64,000 bases of DNA from Gammaproteobacteria bacterium (GTDB lineage: Bacteria > Pseudomonadota > Gammaproteobacteria > Pseudomonadales > Azotimanducaceae), in NCBI GenBank assembly GCA_018666555.1, contig JABIZD010000017.1:33022-97021 (forward strand), in the 5' to 3' direction. Of the stretch, positions 10,237-18,431 are shown one piece after another. The position numbers were made by a program, and so were the translations under genes. The notes under the pieces were generated by a model. That model had not been told where the DNA came from, made no database searches, and worked only from the letters and a program-made list of their open reading frames with translations. The number at the start of each line of letters is the position of its first letter. The stretch's first letter is position 1.

Positions 10237-11147
10237 AGCAAAAGAAAATAACCATTGTTGAAGTCGGTCCACGTGACGGTTTACAAAGTGAACCAGAAAT
10301 ACTGCCTACTGCCAGCAAGATTAAATATATTAGCCAGGCAATTGCAGCAGGAATCACTCGACTCGAAGTTGCCAGTTTTGTGAATCCGAAAAAGGTACCT
10401 CAGATGGCGGATTCTGAACAGTTACTGGCAGAATTACCTATGACAGATGCGGTGTCTTATATTGGTTTGCTGATGAATGAGCGGGGTTTGGATAGAGCCC
10501 TTGAGACTTCCGTTCATGAAATTGGCATGGTGGTAGTTGCCACTGATACCTACAATATGCGCAATCAGGGTGTGCCTACCCAGGAATCGATTGATGCCTG
10601 GCTGAAAATCGCCGAACGAGCAAAGGCAAATGGCAAGGCTGCAAATGTCATGATTTCTTCGGCATTCGGATGCCCATATGAGGGCGAAGTTGCGGTTGCG
10701 CATGTTGTTGAGATAGCCAAACGCGTGATGGAAGCTGGGCCGGCAGAGCTGGGTATTGCGGACAGCATTGGCGTTGCCGTTCCGAATCAGCTGACTGACC
10801 TGGTCGGTGAAGTGCGTCATCATATCGGTACTGATATTTCTTTACGTATGCATCTGCACAATACGCGTAACGTCGGCCTTGCAAACGCTCAGGCAGCAGT
10901 TGATGCCGGAGTTGATTCCATTGATGCGAGCATTGGTGGTATTGGCGGATGTCCATTTGCACCCAAGGCAACTGGCAATATCCCTACCGATGACCTGGTT
11001 TATATGTTGAATCGATCGGGTATAGAAACTGGAGTTTGCCTGCAGGATATAGTCAACACGAGCCAATGGCTGGAACGTGAATTAGGTAGGGAGGTCCCTG
11101 CAATGCTGCCAAAGGCGGGTATTTTCCCCGATGTCGCCATCGGTTAA
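10233..11147 (+). CDS. HMG-CoA lyase-like (HMGL family) oxo-acid/acyl-CoA lyase
   Basis: N-terminus ITIVEVGPRDGLQSE and the later HLHNTRN and GGCPFAP motifs of hydroxymethylglutaryl-CoA lyase family proteins. Tandem stop TAA TAG at 11145-11150. Confidence 0.85.
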   Translation: MKQKKITIVEVGPRDGLQSEPEILPTASKIKYISQAIAAGITRLEVASFVNPKKVPQMADSEQLLAELPMTDAVSYIGLLMNERGLDRALETSVHEIGMVVVATDTYNMRNQGVPTQESIDAWLKIAERAKANGKAANVMISSAFGCPYEGEVAVAHVVEIAKRVMEAGPAELGIADSIGVAVPNQLTDLVGEVRHHIGTDISLRMHLHNTRNVGLANAQAAVDAGVDSIDASIGGIGGCPFAPKATGNIPTDDLVYMLNRSGIETGVCLQDIVNTSQWLERELGREVPAMLPKAGIFPDVAIG

Positions 11148-11224
11148 TAGATCGGTTAATAGATCGGTTAATAGTTCGGATAATAGTTCGGTAAATAGAC
11201 CGCTTAATCAGGCAGTAAATAAAG
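11141..11224. repeat. Seven-copy degenerate 12-bp tandem repeat (unit CGGTTAATAGAT)
   Basis: Read directly from the sequence: CGGTTAATAGAT x2, then CGGTTAATAGTT, CGGATAATAGTT, CGGTAAATAGAC, CGCTTAATCAGG, CAGTAAATAAAG. The first unit contains the lyase gene's last sense codon and its TAA TAG stop. Confidence 0.9.
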
Positions 11225-11244
11225 AGACAAACTCGATACACGAG

Positions 11245-12696
11245 ATGGGAGAAGAAACTTTGGAAAAGTGTGACTTATTGATACGTGGCATGGTAATCAC
11301 GATGAATGAGAATCGGGATGTCTACACGGATGGCTATCTTGCCATCACCGATGGTCTGGTCGTCAGTGCCGGCAGCAATGCCGACTGTCAGTTCACCGCG
11401 GCAGAGGAAATCGGCGGTGAAGGTCATATTGTGATGCCTGGATTAATCAATGCGCACGCTCACCTGGTGCAGGGATGCCTGCGAGGTATGGCTGAGGGAA
11501 CGACCTTTGAGGAACGGTTTTTTGGGTTTTATTACCCTATGACGGGAGCCTGTGATGAGCAACGGTCATACGTTTCAGCGATGCCACCCTTGCTTGACCT
11601 GGTTCGTCGCGGGGTAACTACTACCACGGATGATCATTTTACTCATGTTCATAAAAGGTCCATAGATGGGGTCATTGCAGCCGTTAAAGATGCCGGGATT
11701 CGTTGCAGGATGGCTCGTCTTACCATCAACGACAAGGATGCAGTACCTGAAGGCTTTCGGGAAGATCTCGATGTTGGCCTGGCTGAGACGGAACGGGTAA
11801 AGGCCGAGTGGGAAGATGATCTAATCTCCGTGACAGCTTCAACCATTGGAATTACTTATTGCGAACCGGATCAGCTGAAGGAACTTTGGCAGTGGACGGA
11901 TGACAATGACCGGCAGTTTGATATTCATGCGCCAGCAGTATTCGATCAGAAGTACCTTGCCGAGCGACGTGGTTGGCAGGGAGGGTCGTTTGAATGGCTC
12001 GATCAGGCAGGTATTCTGGGGCCCAACGTTATTGCCGGGCATGCCCAGAATCTGCGCCCCGGAGAGGCGGAGTTGATTCGTAGCCGTGGTGCTACCATCG
12101 CCCTGGTTCCTGATATGGAGCAGGTGCTTGGCCTGGTTAGCTTTGATGCCAGACAGTTTCTTGATCGAGGTGTAACCTGTGGCCTGGGTCTGGATGGGCC
12201 AGTAGTGGCCTATGGTCATGATTTATGGACGGCCATGCGGAGCTTCCTCACCGGGCAGCGGCTTGGTGATGAATATCGACGCAGAGCCGGCGATGCTGCA
12301 TCAAAATGGACTGGCGAGGAGGTGCTCTATGGTAGCGCCGAGCAAGCCCTGGAACTTGCTACTATTGGCAGCGCCAAGGCGTTGATGATGGATGACCGTA
12401 TAGGTTCATTGGAATCAGGAAAGGATGCCGATGTTGTCCTGATTGATCGCCGCGGAGAAACGCACCTTTCGCCACCTTCGGCGATTATTCCGAATCTGGT
12501 TTATGGTAATGGACCGAGCCCAGAGTCAATTCGACGAGTGCTGGTTCGCGGGCGTACCGTTGTTCAGGATGGCGAACATGTCAGCATTGATCGACATAAG
12601 GCAGTCAAAAAACTGGATGAATTACAGGATACCCTTTTTGACGAGGTGAATACCCGACGGTTTTCTCGTATCCGTAGTCGATTCAACTGGATCTGA
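11245..12696 (+). CDS. Amidohydrolase-superfamily enzyme (cytosine/guanine deaminase, chlorohydrolase-like)
   Basis: CDLLIRGMVITMNE then GLINAHAHLVQG (HxH metal motif) and a late GKDADVVLID motif. I prefer the ATG at 11245 because it gives a family-typical N-terminus. The ORF-track start at 11131 would add 38 aa encoded by the 12-bp repeat. Confidence 0.8.
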   Translation: MGEETLEKCDLLIRGMVITMNENRDVYTDGYLAITDGLVVSAGSNADCQFTAAEEIGGEGHIVMPGLINAHAHLVQGCLRGMAEGTTFEERFFGFYYPMTGACDEQRSYVSAMPPLLDLVRRGVTTTTDDHFTHVHKRSIDGVIAAVKDAGIRCRMARLTINDKDAVPEGFREDLDVGLAETERVKAEWEDDLISVTASTIGITYCEPDQLKELWQWTDDNDRQFDIHAPAVFDQKYLAERRGWQGGSFEWLDQAGILGPNVIAGHAQNLRPGEAELIRSRGATIALVPDMEQVLGLVSFDARQFLDRGVTCGLGLDGPVVAYGHDLWTAMRSFLTGQRLGDEYRRRAGDAASKWTGEEVLYGSAEQALELATIGSAKALMMDDRIGSLESGKDADVVLIDRRGETHLSPPSAIIPNLVYGNGPSPESIRRVLVRGRTVVQDGEHVSIDRHKAVKKLDELQDTLFDEVNTRRFSRIRSRFNWI

Positions 12697-12719
12697 GTCG
12701 CGCCTGCCAGGGGCGCAGG

Positions 12720-14450
12720 TCACTCAGGAATGATAGGTAATAATATAAAAGCAGGGCTTTCTGGAGAAATGTGCAAGCTGGTTGTGCCGCCGAACACCTG
12801 CATTGGTCGATCACGCGGGTCATCATGCAAAAACGGACCACAGCCCTTTAGATCATTTTTGAAGTTGGAGAGGCGTTCGCTTTTTGCGTTGGGGTTTTCA
12901 TAGTCCCGCCCGCGTATAGATAAACCAATTTTAAACCCGGCAGGTATAACTATCGATGTGGGCCAGACTTCAATGTCCAGTTGTACCGGTTTACCTGGTT
13001 CCAGCAACTGCTGTTCGTCATGCTTGTGATAAGGTCGCCAGGGCTTGGAAAGTTCGGTATCCAGTTTGCGATGAGATGCCCTTAGCCAACCTTGACCGAT
13101 TGGTGTATTGGGATCAATTGCTCCCTGAAATACAATTTCCTCATTATCAGGGGAAAAAACCTGTAACACGATAAATAGATCTGCATCTTTAGTAGAGGAT
13201 GAGATCATTCCTTGGAAAGCGGATGGTCCCGTTATTTCCATGTCAGTCGATAGCGGTTCGGAATAAAAGGTTAGGCCATCTTCTTTGGCATCGAAGCTGA
13301 GGGTGGCAGAACTGACTGGCTTTTGTGTCGATAAAGACAGGTTTTCATGAATATAAAATGACGTCCATTGCGTTCTCGGTATAGGCCAGTCTTGTTCGTG
13401 GCGTTGCTCGAAACCGTCGATTTTTCTTATTTGCAATTGAACTCGGGGTTGCTCGTCCCAGCCATTATCCAGGCCTTTTAGGAAATAATCAAAGAACCGC
13501 TTCTGTAGTAATACACCGTAGTCAGTATAAAACTCTGTCCAATGTTCTAACCCATGTGCTTCAAGCCATTTGTTTTCACTTGCCGCGCGCATAAAACCTT
13601 CGAAGTTTCCCCGCGGGTGTAATCCTTGACCTCCCCAGTTTGCGGCAGTAAGAATGGGAGTGGTTATTTTTGACCAGACTGCGGATCGAATCTTATGGTA
13701 GTCGTCGTCGAATGGGTGAGAATATATTTCATTGCCGAAGTCACACCGATTAGCGGCTAACTGATCCTCACTGAGCGTTTCGTCCCCGCAAATCTGCCTG
13801 CCCGTGACTAAACTGACCGGGCCTCTGCTGCCAAGCCCATATTGAACTGACTTTACCTGCATGTCATACCAGTTCGCCCAGAACGTACTGAGAATTCCGC
13901 CGTGATGGGTCATATCGCGGTACCAGTCGGCAGATCCCTCCCAGATACAGATTGCAGCAAGATGCTCAGGTTGCAGCGAAGCAACCTGCCAGGCATTGAT
14001 GCCATAGTAGGAAACACCATTAAGACCAACTTTACCGTTGCTCCATGGCTGTACGCCCGCCCAATTAATGCATTCAGCAAAATCTTTAGTTTCCCGAGGA
14101 GAAAAATGGTCAACATAGCCGGGAGACGCGCCACATCCTCGCGAATCAACGCGCAAGCATACGTATCCGTCGGGCACCCACTTTTCCGGGTCGGCTACCT
14201 CCCAGCTCTGATATAAGTTGCTCGAACCGGCAGCGACGTCCGGGTGTTCATCTACCATGCGATTCCAGGCGCTGGGATAGCCTTCCTGAAAAGCAAGGCC
14301 TTTAGCGTAGGGTCCGTGAGTCATAATGACAGGATACTGAGCTTCTTTAATGGGTCGGAAGACGTCAGCCTTCAGTACGAGGCCATCACTCATTTTAATT
14401 TCACAATCCCAATCAACACGCATACCATCTCTAATTTCAGATGTTCTCAA
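12720..14450 (-). CDS. CocE/NonD family (S15, X-Pro dipeptidyl-peptidase-like) serine hydrolase
   Basis: 576-aa ORF. Family-typical N-terminus MRDGMRVDWDCEIKMSDGLVLKADVFRP, nucleophile elbow GLNGVSYYG and a C-terminal beta-sandwich-sized domain. Confidence 0.85.
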   Translation of the reverse strand: MRTSEIRDGMRVDWDCEIKMSDGLVLKADVFRPIKEAQYPVIMTHGPYAKGLAFQEGYPSAWNRMVDEHPDVAAGSSNLYQSWEVADPEKWVPDGYVCLRVDSRGCGASPGYVDHFSPRETKDFAECINWAGVQPWSNGKVGLNGVSYYGINAWQVASLQPEHLAAICIWEGSADWYRDMTHHGGILSTFWANWYDMQVKSVQYGLGSRGPVSLVTGRQICGDETLSEDQLAANRCDFGNEIYSHPFDDDYHKIRSAVWSKITTPILTAANWGGQGLHPRGNFEGFMRAASENKWLEAHGLEHWTEFYTDYGVLLQKRFFDYFLKGLDNGWDEQPRVQLQIRKIDGFEQRHEQDWPIPRTQWTSFYIHENLSLSTQKPVSSATLSFDAKEDGLTFYSEPLSTDMEITGPSAFQGMISSSTKDADLFIVLQVFSPDNEEIVFQGAIDPNTPIGQGWLRASHRKLDTELSKPWRPYHKHDEQQLLEPGKPVQLDIEVWPTSIVIPAGFKIGLSIRGRDYENPNAKSERLSNFKNDLKGCGPFLHDDPRDRPMQVFGGTTSLHISPESPAFILLPIIPE

Positions 14451-15349
14451 TTTAGGTCCTCTTTACGGTTGTGAGTGGAATTGGCTAGATCGATCAGGTA
14501 ATGAACTATCTTTACGGCATCATCGTTACCAAGTCCTGCATCAACGGCAGCGTCGTACATGCTTAATGCGCCTTTTGCTACCGGCATAGGTAGATTATCT
14601 TCCAGGCCTGTTTGTAGAATTGAATTCAGGTCTTTTTGCATGCCCGTGACATCAAACGCGACTGTTCCTGCCTGGCCGAGCAGGTAGGGGGTTTTAAGTG
14701 GTAATACGGCCAAGGCTGCAGATGAGTCCTGTATGGTTTCGAGTATCAGTTCAAGGCTCAGGCCACCGCTGGTACCAAGACTAGCCGCCTCTGCCAGTGA
14801 TTCCCAATACACTGCCAGTGGTAGGTTAACGACTAACTTGAGTAGAGAGCCGCGCCCGGTCGGACCGGCATGAACTATGCGTCGGCTTAATATTTCCAAT
14901 ACTGGACGGGCCCGTTCAAGGTCTTCGCTGCTAGCCCCGCAAAGTATCAGTAGCTGGCCTTGTTCAGCAGGTCCGACAGTCCCGGAAACGGGTGCATCAA
15001 TGAAGCAGGCATCTTTGGCGAGAAGTTCTTCAGCCAGGGACGAAACTGTTGATGGACGCAGGGTGCTCATATCGATAAATAGCTTGCCACTGATTGCGCC
15101 ACTGAGTATGCCATCAGTACCAGTATAGATTTCCTCGGTTACCGTATCATTGCCAAGCATGGTGATAATGAGATTAGCTGAGTTAACCAGATCAGAAACT
15201 GAAGAGGCAAGTTTTGCGCCATGGGCTACCAGGGTGTCTGCTTTTTCGGGTGAGCGGTTCCATACCGTGATAGCAACTCCAGTCTCAAGGAGACGGGTTG
15301 CCATAGCAATGCCCATTTTTCCTAACCCGATAAAACCGACAGTTTCCAA
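14447..15349 (-). CDS. NAD(P)-dependent beta-hydroxyacid dehydrogenase (3-hydroxyisobutyrate dehydrogenase family)
   Basis: Rossmann motif VGFIGLGKMGIAMATRL. 300 aa. Overlaps the downstream CocE-like gene by 4 nt. Confidence 0.85.
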   Translation of the reverse strand: METVGFIGLGKMGIAMATRLLETGVAITVWNRSPEKADTLVAHGAKLASSVSDLVNSANLIITMLGNDTVTEEIYTGTDGILSGAISGKLFIDMSTLRPSTVSSLAEELLAKDACFIDAPVSGTVGPAEQGQLLILCGASSEDLERARPVLEILSRRIVHAGPTGRGSLLKLVVNLPLAVYWESLAEAASLGTSGGLSLELILETIQDSSAALAVLPLKTPYLLGQAGTVAFDVTGMQKDLNSILQTGLEDNLPMPVAKGALSMYDAAVDAGLGNDDAVKIVHYLIDLANSTHNRKEDLN

Positions 15350-15371
15350 GATAACCTACTATTATTTATTG

Positions 15372-16751
15372 TTAATCCGGGACGTAGGAGACCAGGTCCA
15401 GGAGTGTATTAGCACCGTTAACGACAAAAGGGCCCTCTAGCCCAATGGTAGTTGAAGCTGGCTTATCCCCCGGGAAATAGCCTGCCCAGCACTGTATTGA
15501 TTCGGCGAACCATTGTAGGTCATTGTGGAAGCAGGCGCGGCGAACAATGTTCTCAACTGAAGTCCCTGCTGCGGCTGATATTGCATCGATATTCTTCATC
15601 ATAAAGCGCATTTGATTCTGCCCTGGAGAGCCATACCAGGGAGCATTGTCTGGACGCAGCATACCTTCTGCCAGGTTTCCAGTTGAGTCAAAGGCCATTT
15701 GTGTGCTGAAGAAAAGAAAGTTGCCCGCTTTTATCGCCTGGGGTTCGTGGCCTGGTTGTTCTGGTGCATCCGAGGTTTCAATGGTTTCTTTTTTGATGGT
15801 TGCATCATTCGCCAGCAAAGTCAGAGCGATCTCTACTCTGGCACCACGGTTGCCCATACCCATATATGGAATAACGACCCTGGCGGGAGGATTGGAGGGG
15901 AAGACTTCCTGCCAGACACGATCCATTGCGGCAAAATCCTGAGGGTGACCGATGTAGACTTCAGCCTTTACAGCTTGATCCAGGCAACTTCCAGCGGCTT
16001 CTGCCAGAGTGGCGAGCTTTTCCAGGGTGTATCGGGTTTGTTGTTCTACCGAGGATGTGTACCAATGGTCTGGATGGGATTGGGTGTGTTTTGCCAGTGC
16101 CGTCGGTTCGCCCAAATGGGCTGCACCCAGGTTGCCGTTGGTCCAGTCAACCGGTCCTTCGCTGGCGAGAAAAACCCAATCACCACGACGTAAAGCAGGC
16201 GTGTGTTGCATGTGGGCGTTCGCATCGCCAAAGGTGATGGTTTCGTTATCATCAGCGAAGCAGATCATATCCACCTCGAGATTAGTGTCGCGCCACATCA
16301 GCTCACGGACGCTGAGACTGGAAGAGGGCGGGCACTGATCGACATAATTTTTCCTGACGTTAATATAGGGTGCGACGGATATGCCAGGCCAATTGTTGCC
16401 TTGCTCAAATTGTTTGTAGGTCGGTTGGCTTGATACAAACCACTGCCAGATTCGGACCATATCCTTGTTGATGTCGCAACCGGTCGCCTTGATAGTATCG
16501 GTGAGGTTACCGAGGACAAAATCAGCTTCACTAGCCAGTTGCTCTTTCAGGAAAGGGTTTACTTGTCTGATTGAGGCATCCAGGCCCGTTTTAAAGTCGC
16601 TAGCGAGTTGACCTGCTATAAAAACCCAGCCGCCGGCTTTAATTGCTGGGCTGTAAGGCATGAGAGGTTTTGGCACACCCGCTTCGAGTCCAGGCCAGAT
16701 TGCTTCCGGTGCTGCATTTTTTTTGTCTTTTTGCATACCTTCTACTCTCAT
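15372..16751 (-). CDS. Three tandem RidA/YjgF/TdcF-like domains in one polypeptide
   Basis: 459-aa ORF with three repeats that each open with a RidA-like motif: YSPAIKAGGWVFIAGQLA, PALRRGDWVFLASEG and PQAIKAGNFLFFSTQMA. Each is about 125-140 aa. Only the middle repeat keeps the PAR motif (NPPARVVIP). Confidence 0.75.
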   Translation of the reverse strand: MRVEGMQKDKKNAAPEAIWPGLEAGVPKPLMPYSPAIKAGGWVFIAGQLASDFKTGLDASIRQVNPFLKEQLASEADFVLGNLTDTIKATGCDINKDMVRIWQWFVSSQPTYKQFEQGNNWPGISVAPYINVRKNYVDQCPPSSSLSVRELMWRDTNLEVDMICFADDNETITFGDANAHMQHTPALRRGDWVFLASEGPVDWTNGNLGAAHLGEPTALAKHTQSHPDHWYTSSVEQQTRYTLEKLATLAEAAGSCLDQAVKAEVYIGHPQDFAAMDRVWQEVFPSNPPARVVIPYMGMGNRGARVEIALTLLANDATIKKETIETSDAPEQPGHEPQAIKAGNFLFFSTQMAFDSTGNLAEGMLRPDNAPWYGSPGQNQMRFMMKNIDAISAAAGTSVENIVRRACFHNDLQWFAESIQCWAGYFPGDKPASTTIGLEGPFVVNGANTLLDLVSYVPD

Positions 16752-16786
16752 GAGTGATGATTGGTTTCTTTATGCTTGTATAAAGC

Positions 16787-17695
16787 TCAGTCAGTGAGTT
16801 TATCCATAACGGTATAAATGGCTGCGGTATCTTGTTGGCCAAGCCCTTGCTGGTTTGCTGCTTCATAGATTGATGAGGTTGCATTAAAAAGAGGCGTCGA
16901 AACCCCCGATTCAGAGATGAAATCGGATATGAGTTCCATATCCTTTTGCCATAGATCCAGACGCATGGTCGGAGGATCAAATTCCTGTTCTGCCATTAGC
17001 GGCGCTCTTAATTCGAAAATCTTCGATGAGCCCGCGCCTGTTGAGATCGTTTCGCATATTTCCTGAGGGTCCAGGCCACATCCCTTGCCTAACAACATGG
17101 CTTCTGCAGTAGCTACGTTATGGATGGCAACCAGCAGGTTTGCCACGAATTTCATTTTTGTGCCATTGCCGAACTTGCCGAGGTAATGTAAGTGGTGAGC
17201 GAAGTCCTGAAGCAGGGGTTTACAGAAATGATAGGTATCACTGCAGCCGCTTGCATAGATTGAAATATCTGCTGTTTGTGCCTGGGCACCAGTTCCGCTG
17301 ATTGGACAATCCAGGAAGGTCACGCCGGCGTTATTCAAGCGTTCTAGATTTTTTAATTTGCATTCCAGTTTTAAGGTGCTTAGATCCGCTAAAATTGAAA
17401 CCCGGTTTTTTGGGCAGTTAATAATGGCATCTATAGTCTGATCCAGTGCTTGCTGTGTTGGCAGGCTCGATAGGATGATATTTGCTTCGCTGGCTACGTC
17501 GGTAGCTTGATCCTTGAGACCGACACCTGCCGCACTGGCTTTTGTTTGCTGAAGGGGATTAGGGTCAAAACCGACGACTTTCCACCCGTGGGTTGTGAGA
17601 TGTTCGGCAATGGCTAATCCCATTATGCCCAGACCTAGTATACCGACAGTATCTGTAAGTTTGCTGGCCGAGGTTGAGTTAGGCATGGTATTCAC
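16787..17695 (-). CDS. NAD(P)-dependent beta-hydroxyacid dehydrogenase (3-hydroxyisobutyrate / tartronate semialdehyde reductase family)
   Basis: Rossmann motif VGILGLGIMGLAIAEHL. 302 aa. Its start overlaps the TetR gene stop by 4 nt. Confidence 0.85.
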   Translation of the reverse strand: MNTMPNSTSASKLTDTVGILGLGIMGLAIAEHLTTHGWKVVGFDPNPLQQTKASAAGVGLKDQATDVASEANIILSSLPTQQALDQTIDAIINCPKNRVSILADLSTLKLECKLKNLERLNNAGVTFLDCPISGTGAQAQTADISIYASGCSDTYHFCKPLLQDFAHHLHYLGKFGNGTKMKFVANLLVAIHNVATAEAMLLGKGCGLDPQEICETISTGAGSSKIFELRAPLMAEQEFDPPTMRLDLWQKDMELISDFISESGVSTPLFNATSSIYEAANQQGLGQQDTAAIYTVMDKLTD

Positions 17696-18336
17696 AACTT
17701 TCCAGAGATCACTTTAGTTCCTCTGAGCATGGCAGTGACAGCGCTTGACATCACTGTGGAGAAATCTTCGCTGACCGGACCATGGTAGATATGTTTGCGA
17801 ATGGCATAATAAAAAAGCCCACCATGTAAAACCCAGATGTGATCGAGTTCTGCCTGGCTGACTGGTTCGTCCCGTGTTAAGCCGCAGTAGGCTCGAAGCT
17901 CCAGGCAAATAGGGGTTAGTAATTCTTTTTCTACCAGGTTTATGTAGCGGCGGTTTAGTTCTTCGCCCATCAAGGCTGAAAACATGTAAACGCGTATCCA
18001 CTCATAACGATAGGTCGCCTCTGCATAGGAGCGGTAGAATTCGATGAGACGATCTTCCAAGGATCTTTCCCTATTTTTAATGGTGGTAAGCCATTCAGGG
18101 TTGACCCGGTTCATGTAAACTTCTTCGAATACATTCTCAATCAGGTCTCTCTTGGTTGGAAAATATCGATACAGGAGGGGCTGGGATATTCCCAGGCGGG
18201 AGGCCAGTTCTCGCGTTTGGCCTGAAAATCCCTTTTCTGCGAAAAATTTGATCGCTTCTTCAAGTATTTTCTGTTCACGGTTTTCTGCACTCAGTCGTTT
18301 TCGAGGAGCTTTCACGTCTGATTCTTTAGTGCTCAT
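17692..18336 (-). CDS. TetR/AcrR family transcriptional regulator
   Basis: N-terminal helix-turn-helix ILEEAIKFFAEKGFSGQTRELASRLGISQPLLYRYFPTKRDL. First gene of the - strand operon. Confidence 0.9.
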   Translation of the reverse strand: MSTKESDVKAPRKRLSAENREQKILEEAIKFFAEKGFSGQTRELASRLGISQPLLYRYFPTKRDLIENVFEEVYMNRVNPEWLTTIKNRERSLEDRLIEFYRSYAEATYRYEWIRVYMFSALMGEELNRRYINLVEKELLTPICLELRAYCGLTRDEPVSQAELDHIWVLHGGLFYYAIRKHIYHGPVSEDFSTVMSSAVTAMLRGTKVISGKL

Positions 18337-18431
18337 CTAATATAATCCTTAGCTATATGATCTCGTAAAGTTTAACGGAGGTTCGCTTTTAATACCTAGT
18401 TTATCAGATGATAAATAAAACCACTACAACC

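Noticed and set aside
11131-11244. The ORF-track start at 11131 gives the amidohydrolase a 38-aa (SVNR)n-type N-terminal extension.
   Set aside because: The extension is encoded entirely by the 12-bp tandem repeat, which derives from the upstream gene's stop region. The ATG lies inside the upstream gene and has no Shine-Dalgarno sequence. The ATG at 11245 gives the family-typical N-terminus (about 10 aa before DLLIRG). I keep it as an alternative, not as the call.
12700-12716. Hairpin GCGCC-TGCCAGG-GGCGC between the convergent amidohydrolase and CocE-like genes, considered as a bidirectional terminator. A similar 5-bp stem CCGCC...GGCGG lies at 33332-33351.
   Set aside because: The stems are only 5 bp and have no flanking U-tract, so the evidence is too weak to report as terminators.
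15646-16433. A series of + strand ORFs (98-164 aa) antisense to the triple-RidA gene. Similar antisense or out-of-frame ORFs lie inside most long genes, for example 1046-1375, 5464-5766, 10434-10971, 41515-42095 and 50337-50789.
   Set aside because: They are shadow ORFs, fully embedded in longer ORFs that have clear family motifs. Their translations are Arg/Ser/Pro-rich and unrecognisable.
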